Origin: Perna viridis
Taxonomy: Eukaryota
Length of the DNA: 64,000 bases
Assembly: GCA_037379345.1 (NCBI GenBank)
Contig: CM074517.1
Location: 24,738,001 to 24,802,000 of the forward strand
Direction of reading: 5' to 3'
The notes under the pieces were generated by a model. That model ran no database searches. It worked only from the letters and a program-made list of their open reading frames with translations, and had not been told where the DNA came from. Numbering within the stretch: the first letter of the stretch is position 1; each line of letters begins with the position of its first letter. A program made the translations under genes and the position numbers. Positions 12,197-26,500 of this stretch are shown piece after piece.

Positions 12197-13759
12197 TAAG
12201 GGGTATAAACTATATTTTAGTTATCCTTTGAATTTTGATAGCGAATCCAAAATCTTTTTTTTTATTGATATTGTTGATCTAGTCTCTTGGGTGTTTTATC
12301 GAAGAGGGATGAAAGTCTACAGAAGGGTGATATCTTAACTGAGCTATTTGTAGGGGTTTATTTGTAGTTCTTTGAACTATCTGAGGAAATAATTCACAAA
12401 GAAATGGAGACTAAATTTTGGTGTACATCTTTTGAAGTTTTCTTCTCTTTAATATTGTTTAACTGATAGTGTCAGTTGAAGTTGGATCATTATTTATCGT
12501 GGTCATTTTTCTCGCGCAATATATTGATTTTTTTGTAATCCATTTGTAAACAGTAGCCTACTAAAATGTCGAAATCAATGTTTTTCTCTTAATTTTGGTT
12601 AAGTCTGTAATAAGTATAATGTTTAGGGCAATAAAGGTTTGTCTGTTAAAATGATAACCACATTAGTAATGAATTTAGATGACAAAGGATATTCCTTCGG
12701 ATGAAAGCAACTACAAAGATTTGTGCATAGTTTTTGAAGAAAAAATGGAGGGATTAGCCATATGTAGACGAGAAATATTTTCCTCTGTAAGTTTCTTCAA
12801 GGAAATGTATATGAAAATTATGTAGTCTTCATATTTTTTTCTTTTTTTGCTGTGTATCATATCCATCTTGATCTTTTTATTTACATTATTTAGCAATAAT
12901 AAACAATTTGTTTTATTTCCATTATACATACATTTCTTCATTAATGCTGATCTCTTTTCGTATTGAGCGTCATAGTTTACAAATGTTTACAAAGCCTTTT
13001 CGAATTTATATTGGGATGGTATTTCTACCTGTGGTCTTTTGCTTCAATGAGCTCATATGATCCGTCTAATCGTATCATACTAATACAAAACAGGGTCTGT
13101 TCGATTGATATATCGTTTAATCCTACAATACCTGAAATATTCATTGTATGACATCAAACTATAATCAATCAAGTATTTAGTCAGGTTTGAAAAAAAACAT
13201 AGGATTTGCTCATACATCTTATCTGTTAAAAGTTAAGAGCATTACAGTTATACGTACTACTTTTGATTCAGAATAATGGACATTTCAGTTTAAAATCAGA
13301 AAAAAACGACATAAACAGTATAAGATTTCCTTCCCATAGTAAAATCTTTTATATGGTGTCCTTAAGTGGTTGATAAGTGCAATGCAAGTGCAAGTGTATT
13401 TTTCAATTTAAAAAAAAGAGATATTATAGGACGCAATTTTCTAATGACCAAAATCAATCACAGTAAACTATTTTGAGTAGATTAACTTGTTTTTACTGAT
13501 TTTATAACACTCAAGTAGCATTTGATCAAATTCGTATGATAAACAAACATTAGCATGTTGCTTTTCATGCAACTATTTGTCTTTGGAGATATAATCATAT
13601 AGAATACATTGCAGAATTCAAAATCAAGGGTGGTAACTCTACTAAAGAAACTGAGATATAATGGAAACTATCGAATTGTCTATGGATCTATCTTCTAAAA
13701 CCAGATATATTGGAATGAATAATTATATAATCCATCATATAGAGTTTTGAGTATTTCTT

Positions 13760-13885
13760 TCATACAAATAATATTTGGATCTAGATCTTTCTATATATTT
13801 AACTATAATGCTGCTGATGAGAGGTTACTACTTAAAACGCGTGCATAGCATATCGAAATACGCAATATATGATTGTATTTTTGTA
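13760..13885 (+). ncRNA. Degenerate type-I minimal hammerhead ribozyme repeat
   Basis: ATGCTG-CTGATGA(13814)-GAG gttacta CTT-AAAA-CGCGTGCA-TAGCAT. Stem I and the CUGAUGA core are present; CGAAA reads TAAAA (CpG-type decay). Flanks are shared with 35920-36010 and 36282-36410. Confidence 0.55.
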
Positions 13886-14692
13886 CTATGTAACCCTAAA
13901 TTAAATAATGATGTAACCTTTTTAGATGTATCAGATATCACATAATTTGCATGATTCTTACAAAACTGAAGTTTGTTCCGTCTCATAAGCACGCAGTTGG
14001 TCATTCATCATCAAAGTAAAGTCCCCTGCCATATAAAATTTTTCTATGAATACTATATATAAAAAAAACTTTTGTACTGGTTACAGCTTAAAATAGCGAC
14101 AAAAATGGGGGGAAATGTTCTACCTTTTATCTTTTAGCAGACGATCTAAATTTTTAGTAAAATAATTGTAAGATGGGGAGTAATGACTGTCTATTTCTTT
14201 CGACACTTGAGGACGTTGGTGAACTCATCCATTCCTGACATGTGATAACAATGTTTCATTCTGATTAACCTCTAGAGAAAGTTATGAATATTATACCCAT
14301 ATTAAGACAAGGTCTACCAAATGTAAAAAAAAATAACTGTTGAAAGTAAAAATGAGGTTTACGGCTTATGTCATTTATGACAGTGATAATGCAACGCAGA
14401 ATAGAGTGAAATATTTTTTTTTTTTTAAATATTGCAATAAAATATCTTACGCCTTGATTAAAATTATTCTATACCAAGAGAAATGTCTATTATCATGGGA
14501 CAACTTAGAACAGAATATCAATTTTAACAAGTAGTACATATTTATATAAAAAACAATTCAAAGAAGAAACAAATAATGTCAATGTACTTTATATAACTTA
14601 AATTTTTGATAGAATATTGATTTTGATTATAATTATGGAAACATGTTAATTAAAAGCTGTAATAATAACATACTCAGAATTAAAATTTAGTC

Positions 14693-14825
14693 ATATTCTA
14701 TTTTATTCTAATCTGTTATATTCTGTTATATTATATTCTATTCTTTTATTTTCTAATCTGTTATGTTCTATTCTGTTCTATTCTATTCCATTCTACTCTA
14801 ATCTGTTATATTCTATTCTATTCTT
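14693..14825. repeat. (TATTC)n degenerate microsatellite
   Basis: Run of tattc/tgtta/taatc pentamers. Confidence 0.85.
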
Positions 14826-14899
14826 TTAAATATAGAACCTACGGTATAGCGACTATTTCAAACGATAACGATTTTAATATCATACAAAAGTGATAGAAA

Positions 14900-15025
14900 G
14901 AGTAATCTACAAAGAACATAAAGTAACTAAAATCATACATACAAAGTAACAAAAGCAAATGAGCAACTCAGACTCCACTAAAAACTAGGAGCATGGACCA
15001 GGTGCACCGGTAGGGTAAGCGTCCT
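14900..15025 (-). mobile_element. Naiad 3'-UTR fragment, internally deleted
   Basis: gagtaatc is joined to acaaagaacataaagtaac...ggaccaggtgcaccggtagggtaagcgtcct. Confidence 0.85.
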
Positions 15026-17769
15026 TGAGAAAAAAAATGAATTTATGAAAAGGATATAGTAAAATAAAATCAATCTCTTGAATCCGACAAAAAGAAAATT
15101 TCCCCCAATATTTGTCGCCATTTTAAGCTGTAACCAAACTTTGTATGTGTGTAAGGTGTATTAGATCATATAGGACACAACTAAGATAAAACAGCATAGG
15201 CGTATTCAAGGGGGTCCCGGTTTCCGTCTCCTCCACCCGAACAGTTTGGTTGACAATATGTAAAATAATCATGGAGTATGATTTTGTTTTTGCAATAGCG
15301 ATATTTTATGTTCCCAGTTTTTTTAATGCTTTGGGTTTACTTTTATATGTTAACGTTAAGTATCATTCTGTGTAGGAATTTGGCAACAAATAAGTTCGTC
15401 GTTTATGCCTCAAATACATTTAAAGCAACCTAAAGGTTATTGAATTTATCTTAAAGCATTTAGACATAGATATTATTTTACTGCTTTGCTTAAATAGGGA
15501 AAAAGTGCTGAAAAATTTTCCCGCCATTTGTCCATAGTGCATTTAAACCAAAATTGGCCTATCAAAAATTTAAAGAAAACAAATTTCACAAATACTTTGA
15601 TGGTTATTTCTAGAGGTCATGAGGTATAAATACATGTACTCCTATAATGCAATAAAATCTCCGCGTTTCTTCTTTTATCTGTTGATATAGCGTATGCTAT
15701 TTTAAATTATCTAAATTACCATACTGAGAATATACCCGTAGTCACCGTATCCATATTAAACAGAACACTCTAGCCTGTTTACACACAGCAAATGATCTGC
15801 TTTCCTTAATCTTACGGCTATGCTTGGTATGTACTGTTTTTATTACAATGGTACGGATTATATCAATTGATGTTTGATTTTATACGATTATTGTTTCCTT
15901 TCTGCAAAGAATATATTGTGACTTTCACGAAGCCACCAGAGAGTTGGAAATTAAATAAAATACACCGTTAGTGAACATTGATAGAAATAAAACATGCAAA
16001 CCGTAATATTGTGCAATTCAATAGACAAGCCTCACAATTTTTGTTAATTGATGTTTTAACGATGACGTAAAATGATGTTCATTCGTAAAGATTTTATAAC
16101 ATGCTGTAGCAAAACCAATTCCTTTGAGGTCCGTATTTAGAAGAGACTAATCACATTTATCAACAAAGTACATGAAGTGTTATTTTTTTTTTATTTTTAG
16201 ATATATATTATATATGTGTGTTTATCTATTCACTGTGAAATCAATAAAATAGGAATTATTGCTTTCGGAGGGAACGATAACGATGTGTAATACAGTTGCG
16301 ATTTTTAGTTGTTCTTTCAAGGTTTGTACCTGACTCGATTTACTGAAATACATTAATGTTGTAGAAGCATTAGGGAAGTCTAAATTTTGACAAGTTATAA
16401 TTGCACAAATAAAGGTTAGATATTCGCACTAAAATGATTGCAAGTAATAAGTTTTAGTCCCCCTTTCAGAAAATGTCTATAGTGATAGCTGCTATTCCCA
16501 TAGCTATCGCTTTAGGTCATTAACTACCATTCAGCACGTGTTTTATAAAGTACATTTGAAGGTTAATGTCTTCCATTGATTCCATGATCTGCTTCTTCAT
16601 TTTTTTTCTTTTCGAAATGTTGTCGATCAATAATATATAGTGCATGTAAAAGAAAGATAGGTATCTGCTTTAATGAAGCAACCACCGAGTTTCTAAAGTT
16701 GAAATCTACACTTGAGTTGATTGGAAAATAGATTTTTAGAAAAATAGAAGAACTTTCTTCTAAGGTAAGCTTACAATTTTTATTTTCATTTTTATTTGTT
16801 TTATATTACCATATTTTCATGATTTGTTATTTATAATAATGTATGTTTTCTTCTAATTTTTTCTTAAATATCTTCTTCAAACCCGTCTTCTATTTACCTC
16901 AAAGTTAACTCAAAGTTAATGAAATTGACATTGAAATAACTCGGAAGTGTTTTTGATTAATGTTTTTTTTAATATTGTTTTTTCTTTGTTTGTTCATTTG
17001 TTTGTTTGTTTGTTTTTGTTTGTTTGTTTGTTTGTTTTTGTTTTGTTTTGTTTTTTGTGTAATTGATCATCAGCGAAGTTGATTTTTGTTTATTCTTTAA
17101 TTTGAAAAGAAAATATCTTTTATTTTACAAAGCTTAAATGTTCTATAATACTGTATTGAGCGTTTCTTTAGAATAATTTGTTGAACGAATTGATATAATA
17201 TACATTTTTACAAGAAAGAAGGACTCTACACGCTTTTGGCAGGTTTGCAGTCAAGATATGCAATAAATAATTAGTTTGCTGCCAATAAAAACAAACATTT
17301 AAACCAGGAAAACGTTACGTTCGTGACATTGCCAAATGTGACCGCAATAACGACGTTTGCCAAACTGAGCGCACATGTCATTGAAAACGTCAAATGTTTC
17401 CCAGACATATTTTTTTACGCTAAAATAAAAGGACGACCACATCATGATGTAACGCACTATAAAGAACTTGAATGACGAAAATACTGAGGAACAACCAAAC
17501 ACAAACACTTTATAGAATAGGGCAAATACGTGTTAAAAATCCAGACAAATGTCCCAATTAATTTGTCGAGCTAAACATAAAAAGAGAGAAGTTCAATCAA
17601 GATTTAATACAAATATGTACGTTTACAATAAAATACTATAATTTTAGTTTTCGTGTATGTCCTTTAAAAAGCAATGAGTATTGAAATGTTTGCAATGTAT
17701 GACTTTTTATGGAATAAAATTGATCAAGACCTTTTCCTCAACAGTAATCACTATAAGGATGGGGTATTT

Positions 17770-17900
17770 TCTTGTTACTTTGTATGTATGATTTTAGTTA
17801 CTTTATGTTCTTTGTTGTGTATGTCTGTTTTCCATGTCTGGTCTTTGTCCCTGGATTACGTTCTTTTGATTGCCGCTATAACCTTGGTTCCCTTGACTCT
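17770..17900 (+). mobile_element. Naiad 3'-terminal fragment
   Basis: ttgttactttgtatgtatg...gctataaccttggttcccttgactct matches the sense-strand 3' end. Confidence 0.88.
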
Positions 17901-19374
17901 GTTATAAATGTTTGAGCTATATCATAAACCGAAGCCCTGGTGGTATTAATGGTCAATAACTTAACAAAATAAGGAAAGGACACAATTTGATAACTGTTTC
18001 CGACTTTGTAAGTTTATTTAACGATATAGGTGAAATGAAAATGTGCCTTGTGATTGCTTTATTGCATGCGGTAAAATTAATATATCATAGTATTTTAATT
18101 AATTCAGATATATGATTTTATGACATATCTGGAGGTTCCCTCCGAAAGCGAACGGCGTAATACCTATGATTGTTTTAGTAAAGCATAACATAGTGAAAAC
18201 TTTACCTAAAATCATGTTCACTGTGACGTATTTCAAAAAGAAAAAAACTGGAACAAAAATTTTAAGCCTGAACATATACAAGGCTTCAGGCCTATATCAT
18301 TTCTGCGGATTGCAAAGTGGTATACTTTATAATTTAATAATAAATTTAGATATATCTGTGAGACATTTTCGTCTACACATTATAAGTAGAATTTGTAGTA
18401 GGAAACCTCTGACATGTTCGATGAGTTCTTCCTCGGGGAAAACACCGTATGTAAGATCTTTTACTTCGCAAAAGTAATAATTTATTAGGCTCATTTTCAA
18501 AACTTCAACCATCATTGCGAGTACACTGTACGTATACATATCATAAAAATCATATATACCTTAGAAATCATGCAAATGCATGTACTCGTATGATACATTT
18601 TAAGCTTTTTTTAATATGCTATTCACGTGCTTCGTATAATATCTATGGATAATCTGTCTTCGTTGTGCGTTTCCTTGAAAGTCTGGCCCATATTAATTGA
18701 GAACAGGTTGCCTTTTGTAGAATAATCAAGTTAATATGCTGTATTTAATAATTTTCGTATATTTATTATGTGATGTGTGAGAAAAGAAAGATTTGGTTTA
18801 AATCTTTTTACAATTCCTAAGTACTATAATTTCAGTTCCTTGTTGACGCTTATTCCAACACAATAACTGTTTTTTTAAGTTCTCCGAAAGTACCGTTTAA
18901 TTTGTAGCCTCCCTGGTCGGTCTTCCGCCAAATAAAAAAAAACGATCTTTTAATGGTAATAAGAGAAAAAGAACTGAAATGTTTAAATTTCTGATGAAAA
19001 TATGGATCTGTATTTTAACGTCACACCAGGGTTATGATTTTCGTTGTACCGTATATTTTGAAGTTAAAATTGCGTTTGAAAGATTTAAAATTTTAAGGAC
19101 TGTATCTAAACGTTATGACATGCATACGCTAAAATTCTAATCAGCAAAAAATCTGCTTTACTTTCCAAAGTTCTTTCTATAGACACAACATAAAAAAACC
19201 TTAGTTTACATATAGTTTAGTATTACATTTGATGTAAGTTTTCTTTTATCGCGATTCTTTCGTTCTGACTTTGCAATGTCTTGAGACATTAGTGTAAAAA
19301 TGAAGTTAGTTATTATTAGCCTATTAAAACTTTGGGTATGTTTCAGAATATTTACAAAAAGCAATATTGCCGGG

Positions 19375-19383
19375 TTATTATTA

Positions 19384-19434
<51 letters not shown>

Positions 19435-19462
19435 TTTGTTATTATTTTATCATTATTATTAT
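19375..19462. repeat. (TTA)n/(TTTA)n microsatellite
   Basis: Direct reading; it explains the spurious ORF 19300-19524. Confidence 0.9.
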
Positions 19463-19764
19463 TTTTTTTGCAAATATTGAATTTAATATTTTTAACTTTA
19501 TCTGAAATAAAACACAATGTATAAGTTGAATAGGTGTCTGGTAACGCATTTTAATCATTTTTTAGCGAGAGAAACCACAGTAGTTATAAATACCGAAATT
19601 GGAATGGCACCAATATCATACGAAACATAAATGTTTGAGAGATCTTTTAATGAAAATTATATATGCAATTCAAATAAACATTTAATTAATTTCATTTTTG
19701 GACCCTTCAAGGAACTTGACCTTCATTCTTGTGTTTATTTGGGCATCCTGGACTATAGTACACT

Positions 19765-20706
19765 AAACACTGGGAGCATTGACCAGATGGACAAGTAGGA
19801 AAGCACCCGCTAAGTTGCTCATAAAAAGTCCCGTCAAGAGTGGACGACAAATGGAAAGGAAAACTATGACACGGTGAACTAATCGGTTAATTTTTGACGA
19901 ATTATGGGGCAATTATTACAAATACCTGTAGGAACAAATTGTGCACCATTCTTAGCCGTTCTATTCCTCCATTTCTATTTAGCCAGCTTTAAACAAGGGT
20001 TACTACAGAAAAAAAGAGAAGAGCGATTTCAATTTCCGTAATATAGATGATGCATGATCTCTGAAAAAATGCTAGCTTCAAGGATTACCTTCATCTAATC
20101 TGCCCAAATTAACTTGAGATTAAAGAGACAACTGATGCACCTGCATCATAACTAGACTTTCATTTGCACAAAGATAATACAGGACGTTTGAAATCTTTAT
20201 GACATACGTCATTATTTTAACTTCCAAATAATGAATTTCCCCCTGTCTTAGTAGCATGAACCAGGTGAAATCATGATCCCAGTTTTTAGTAGAGAGTAAT
20301 CAAGGGAACCAATGTTATAGCGGTAATCGAAAGAATGTAATCCAGGGAAAAAGACCAGACATGGAAAACACATATACACAACAAAGAACATACAGTAACT
20401 AAAATCATACACACAAAGTAACAAAAGCAAATGTGCAACTCGGACTCCACTAAAAACTGGGAGCATGGACCAGGTGCACCGAAAGGGTAAGCGTCCTCTG
20501 CTTTTCTAGAAACACCAGCCGAGTTGCTCATAAAAAGTCAAGTCCGGGGTAGACAAACGCGTTACTCATTTTCTTTTGTTGTTTTGTATGTACTGTTTTG
20601 GTTATTTTGTGTTCTTTGTTGTGTATGTCTGTTTTCCATGTTTGGTCTTTGTCCCTAGATTGGCTTCTTTTGATTTCCGCTATCATCTTTGTTCCCTTTA
20701 TTACTT
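19765..20706. mobile_element. Nested cluster of Naiad fragments: old minus UTR piece, old plus RT/UTR copy, and a young minus copy at 20294-20559
   Basis: 19765-19890 is a diverged minus-strand UTR. ~19900-20291 is plus-strand RT (IPVGTNCAPFLAVLFLHFY, YIDD, LDFHL) running into UTR catgatcccagtttttagt. It is interrupted by a near-consensus minus-strand UTR and resumes at 20560 (gttactcatt...gttccctttattact). Confidence 0.8.
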
Positions 20707-23479
20707 TATCACAATTTGATTTACTGATATGTTATTTCAATGTCAGAAGCGAAACAAGATATCTTCAATAAAATTCAACGCCTAACCGGTTTGATTGCCT
20801 GCCGAACTTGACACTAACTAACTGCAATGATGTAGCTCTTTTTTGACACAAGAAGCTATAAATCCCACTGCTATTGTGTGAATGCGTAAAAATTACGAAG
20901 ATAGTTGAATGTTTTTATTATGATTTATAATACCCATATTTCTAGAGAGACTAATATTTTATCCTTTATTGGAAGTGAATGTTTTATATTGATATTTTTT
21001 TTAATCAAAGCACACTTCAATATGATAATGACTAAGCATTTTACTTTAAGAATATACAGAATTAAATGATATGAAAATAAGTTCTATATTCGAGGACAAG
21101 AACAGCATATGCAAATACGGCTATAATAAATATTACTATTTCGGACACAACTCATTATATGTTTTATTTGGAAGCGTCGTGTAACCGTGTTAATGTGTAT
21201 GAAATACACATAGTTACATGCTTTTTCCTTTGAAATCTTGAATAGAACTTTCAGCAAAATTTTGATAATTTTTATCACGTAGTTTTTTGCTAAGATATAT
21301 CAAGTTCAAGATTAAATATTGCTCTTGCTTCCGTTCTTGTATTTGTGTGTATGTGTGTGTGTGACGTCTTTTTGTTATCTTCAGTTTTTATGTGTGATCT
21401 ATTTCATTCGGATTGCCACAATTGTCTTTGTACATCGTTTTTGTTAATCCTACTGCTGATGATTCTGTATTGTTTGCCATTGTATTCTCAAGTTCCAGAT
21501 GGAAACACCATTATAGGCTCATTCAAGGTATTAGTTAACCAAGGTTCAAACTACATTACAATTGGTATAAAGGGACCTAAAAAGTGGTTTAAATACGGAT
21601 TTAGTTAAGACAAATTTCACTGTACAAGGAATTCAAACTTCAAATTTACTATTCCAATTTAGACAATATACACCTGATTAACAGAGCAAATAAAAGATTG
21701 AACAATGGAATTGAGATTCAATCGTTTAGAGCCATTTATGGTCCAGTAAGCAAGCGTAGTCTGTATTTAACCAAACACACAATTGCTTCGGTACAGACAT
21801 ATGGATAACACGTGGACTTATTTTACGCCTTTAATGAAAACATTAAATAGATATCTTAAACAAGAATCAATTTAGTGTAATTATTTTTATAGCATGAATG
21901 AGTTTTTTTCTCAGTTGAATATCCGTTTTATAAGTATGATGGTCTTTTTCACGTAATTGATTATGATGACTGTGTTTACTTTGTTAAAGCCTTTCAAAAT
22001 AATGAAGCATTCAATTTCCATATCAACAACACACTATTCAAAACCTGGTAATTTTCAATGATTGATCATACGATTTTCTAATGATAACTTGCAATAAAAA
22101 GAAATTGGATATTATGGAGACAAATATCAAAAGGTCTTTTAACTAGAGGATTGGGCAGGAAATTATACTAATGTTTGATCGTTCTATGTTGGTCTTAAAT
22201 GGGGTTTAGTTGATTATAAAAGTGCAACAGCAACTAATTCCAAAGTTCTATGATATAACAAGTAACGACAGAAAAAAGTATTCCTTTGGATTTATACATT
22301 CCAATATCTTTATTTCATTTCTGAAACTACTTCTACAAACCATTTTTGACGAAAATCTAAAAATTGATTATGTAGAAATAGACGACAGCCCAAAGAGGAA
22401 TGTGATTGTCATCAGTTTACCTCCATTGTCGACTCCATCACCGTCTGTGAACTTTTCTTTTAATATCTTCTTTACTGATACTACTTGACAGCTTTATGGG
22501 TGTCATCAACAAAATTTGCATCATATTATTGATCCCTGAACAATATTAAATCTATCAACATAAGTATGAGATAAAGCTGCTTATCGCAATTTTTTTTAGG
22601 GTTTAGGTTGTCGGACGAATCCTAGTTAGAGTTTCTGCCCTGGAAAGCCGAAAATGATGTTTTTGCTGATATTATCAAATGTTTTTGAAATCATAGTATA
22701 TACAAAAAACACATTTAATTGATGAAATTATCATTATGATCGCAGATATGGAAAACTTTTAATTTGATGGAATATTTTTACATCGCTAGCATCACTTATT
22801 GATAATGCTAAGTATTGAATTCGATGTCAGTAAGTGAGCAATTTAGGACTTCTGTGGCATCTTGTCAATTCAAGAATAAGATGTGTATGATTCTATATTT
22901 TACATACATATAGATTTAGGTCACTTTGAAAATCAGAGTATGGCGTTTGAAACAATATATTTTTTTAGGGGGGAGGGTGGCTGGGAACAACTTGAGTTAA
23001 ATGATACTTTTATAGATTAAAACACGAAAACGTCAAGTACACATCCTTATGCTAAGAGCGACTTTTTATATCTATGCATCTGTCTCAAAACTGTTGTTGA
23101 ACGCGTTCCCTTTTCATTGCAAAATCAAAAAGGAACAAATATGGTGATTCGCAACAAATGCATAAGTGCATAACTTAAATCCAAAATATTAAATATATTC
23201 AGAGATCACCAAAATTTCTTGGACAAGTGTATGTACACGCCGCATTCAAATAAGCTCTTAATGGCCAATACATTAAAAGTAATAAAATAGAATATAGAAC
23301 AATTCTTCAAAATCAAATTTAATAATCGTAATTATACGAGATATGTAAAAAGACACATTAATGAATGTTTTAGGGTATGAACTATTCGAGATGAGTTAAT
23401 ACCTAGTTTTACTTTCATGTAATAACAAAATTACAGAACTGAATAACTATAGGCAATAGTAAAAATGAGAAGTCAAAAT

Positions 23480-23585
23480 TAAAGTCCGTATGACAAATGT
23501 TTATATCAAGGTAAAAACCGGAAATTGGAAACCACTGCATTTTCCTATAGAAATGGTAGGTTAAATTGGGGTTTATAGCGCGCTG
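23480..23585 (-). repeat. Dispersed repeat, inverted copy of 56326-56410
   Basis: aaagtccgtat.acaaat...aaaaccggaaa.ttggaaaccac.gca...tagcgcgct is shared with the reverse complement of 56326-56410. Family not identified. Confidence 0.6.
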
Positions 23586-26500
23586 GATGTCCGATGTCCA
23601 TTACGGTTTATTATTTCCGGTATAGTTCAACACAAACGGGGAGCACAACAATTGGTGTTTTTTTTTTTTTTTTTTCGGTCTTCTGTTTTGTTTTGTTTTT
23701 GAATTTGTTTTTGTTTCTTTTTTGTGGAAAGGGGGTAATTGATTCATAATTATTTGATTTTGTTTTGTTTTTGTTTTTGTTTTTTGCTACTATTTCTTTT
23801 TATAACTGCAAGGTTGTTTTTTTTTCAAACACTTTTATCCTAAAGTAAACACTTAGTTCCAGTTTTTATCCATGTTTGTGTCTATTACTTTGTTTCTATC
23901 TCTATTAGCCTTACTTTCTCCTTTAATCAAATATTTAATCATAGCTTTATTGTAAGTGTTGAATACAATATTCCTCTTGTGTTTCAAGTTTACAAAGTTT
24001 ATGATATCATAAAAGTAAAATAATAATAGCAATAAATCGTTGATTGATTTCAATACCTTGTTATCTCACAATCTTTGTAAAATGTTCGACGTTTTTATTT
24101 TAGATTACTTTTTACCTAAAAGAACGATCGTCATAAACATACTACTGTTCTTCTTTAGCTACTTTGTTATTGGTTTATTTATACAGCATATCCAATAATT
24201 GCAATAATTCATAAAAATACAACATCTAGCTTGGCTTTTATCTCATCTAGTTTTTCACTTCATTAAACGGACTTGTTTCTTGTATTTGTATGTCAGTCTT
24301 TAATCTTTAATGCTGAAAGTATGTAGCTTTTCATGGTTCGATATCTAAGTAAACTCAACCTTTTTGTTCTGGATTTCCAACCATGTGAAGGTAATTGTAA
24401 TATAACTTATTCCTTTATAAAGCGACATATTAAGGTGTACGTTTATGAATATTGGTTGATATTGTCTTGCGTAGCATTGTATTTAACGCATGCTTGAAAG
24501 TGATTTATCCATACAATAATCCTTTAGTTATACAACGAAGCTATTTCTGATCAATTTGCCCTTTTGTCATCGATGTTGTCTACGAATTTAAAGATTGTGT
24601 TGGAATTTAAATCATATTCACTTTTGGTTGCTTTCTATTGTGAATATAATGGTACTATATAATAGTATTACATATTATTCATTTAGAAAAGTATTTTTAA
24701 TTCCAATACTGCACAAACTTAGACCATGGTAGACTATCATGATCCAACTGCTATGGTTATACCATTTTGACGAGATATGCCTTTTTTTTACCTGACAGAT
24801 TTTTTTTAAATCTGACTAGAACTTGATGTTTTGATAGAGTAATTATGGGAACCTAGATTCGAGCGAGAATAAAAATAATGTAACCAAGGGATATTGAGTT
24901 TGGGAACCCCAAGATCCGTGAATACATGCATGAACGACCGAAAATAGCTGTCCAATCCTATAGTAATACCATACTTAACGAAAGCTCATCAAACATTGTG
25001 TATTCCCGGCCTCTCTATATAAAGTCATACATATCTTTAAATAGACCGGGGATAAGAGAGGTAATCAAAATAGAAAAGTTTTCACACATTTGTATGACTT
25101 CTGATATTAAAGCTGTAAAGTGACACTGATGTAAAAGTGAAATAATCTAAGCATGACTACAGCTTCTGCTAGAACAAAGGTGTCAACCTCCAGTAACTTT
25201 GCATTTTGTAAACTAGGAAATTGAAGTATGATTCATTAAATATTTCAAAAGCCAACATTAAGGAATATATATTTCAATAGATGGGAAACTGTTTGAAATG
25301 ATGGCATCTATTGTATAAAAAGATTCCTTTAGATAAAATGTTCAAATTGAAATATGTAATATAAACTAGCTGTCAAGAATGAGGCAGTACACCTAACCAA
25401 TAACTAGTTTACAACCAGTCTTATAACTACTCAACCTTTCAGAGTTTAAAAAAGTTATAGCCAGTTTTATAACTCCTTACGAGATGTCAAGCTTTCTTTT
25501 TATTATGTAGCTGTGTTCAGTTCAGCATATAACTCTTGTCCAGCATATAACTGTGTCCATTATATAAGTAAGTTTGCATCATTCTATGCACAGCAATGCT
25601 CTTTATTTTTTATAAGTCATCATATTTTGGTACATGTATTAGGTAACATTTATATTGAATACTTACATGATTTAAGCCATTGATTTTACGAATAAAGAAT
25701 TTTTTCCTATATTTCACCTCAAGATCTTTTAAACATTGAAAATAACACGGATGGTGAACTTTTCTAAAACTTTATACATGGTTTTGTACATGAATGATCC
25801 ATATAATATCATTTTTGAACAAAAATTGAATTATAGGTTTTTGCAAAATAAAGATATAGTTTTATATAGGCAGACAGCTGAAAATTTACTTCTTTTTCTT
25901 ATCAATGGTAAAATAGATGTCCAGTTATTCTTCTAAAACATGAATAGGATAACAAAAATCAAATTTTAAAAAAAATCTTTTCTAAGTGAATTTGACTAAA
26001 TATTCAGTTGTTTACCTAAATATTCAGTTGTTTACCTAAATATTCTGTAAAAATGATCTGTAAATACTAGATATGGTTTTGTTTGGCCGGTGATGTAAAT
26101 TTCTAAAAATAGCAATTTTGTTCAAAATCTGCATGTTGAAATTGTCAGAAGATGTACTTAATATGTAATGTAATATTATGTACAAATGTAAAAAAAACAA
26201 TTGAATTGTAGCAAAAAATTAGGTGGTACAACATGGCTCTACCTTAAGTGTATCGAAAAAGGTTTTATAGAATGTTCATGCTGCTATGTTTTGGTTAAAA
26301 GTGGTTCGTTCTACGTTTTCAAATCGTGTATACTTTTCATAATTATAGTGGTTGTTGGCTTGTGAATATTTCATAATATTTGTATAACCATTTTGTGCTT
26401 TATTAGACAATTATGAATATAAGGTATATAACTTTCCCTACCTATTGACTTTATTATTATGAATAGTATTGTTTATGAAACATATTGTACGTGTAATAGT

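Larger units (their letters stand above)
14078..15136. mobile_element. Non-autonomous DNA transposon with ~44-bp TIRs (Mutator-like)
   Basis: TGGTTACAGCTTAAAATAGCGACAAAAATGGGGGGAAATGTTCT (14078-14121) is inverted at 15093-15136 with ~4 mismatches. An imperfect ~10-bp flanking duplication aaacttt(t)gta is present. It contains a (TATTC)n tract and a Naiad UTR piece. Confidence 0.75.

Noticed and set aside
12200-13150. Coding-like AT-rich stretches (also ~43230-43410 and ~45000-45820)
   Set aside because: Multiple stops and no recognisable motif in the frames I read.
25642-26247. Possible second TTAA-flanked TIR element ending CTACC-TTAA
   Set aside because: The left terminus matches over only ~4 bp, so boundaries cannot be supported.
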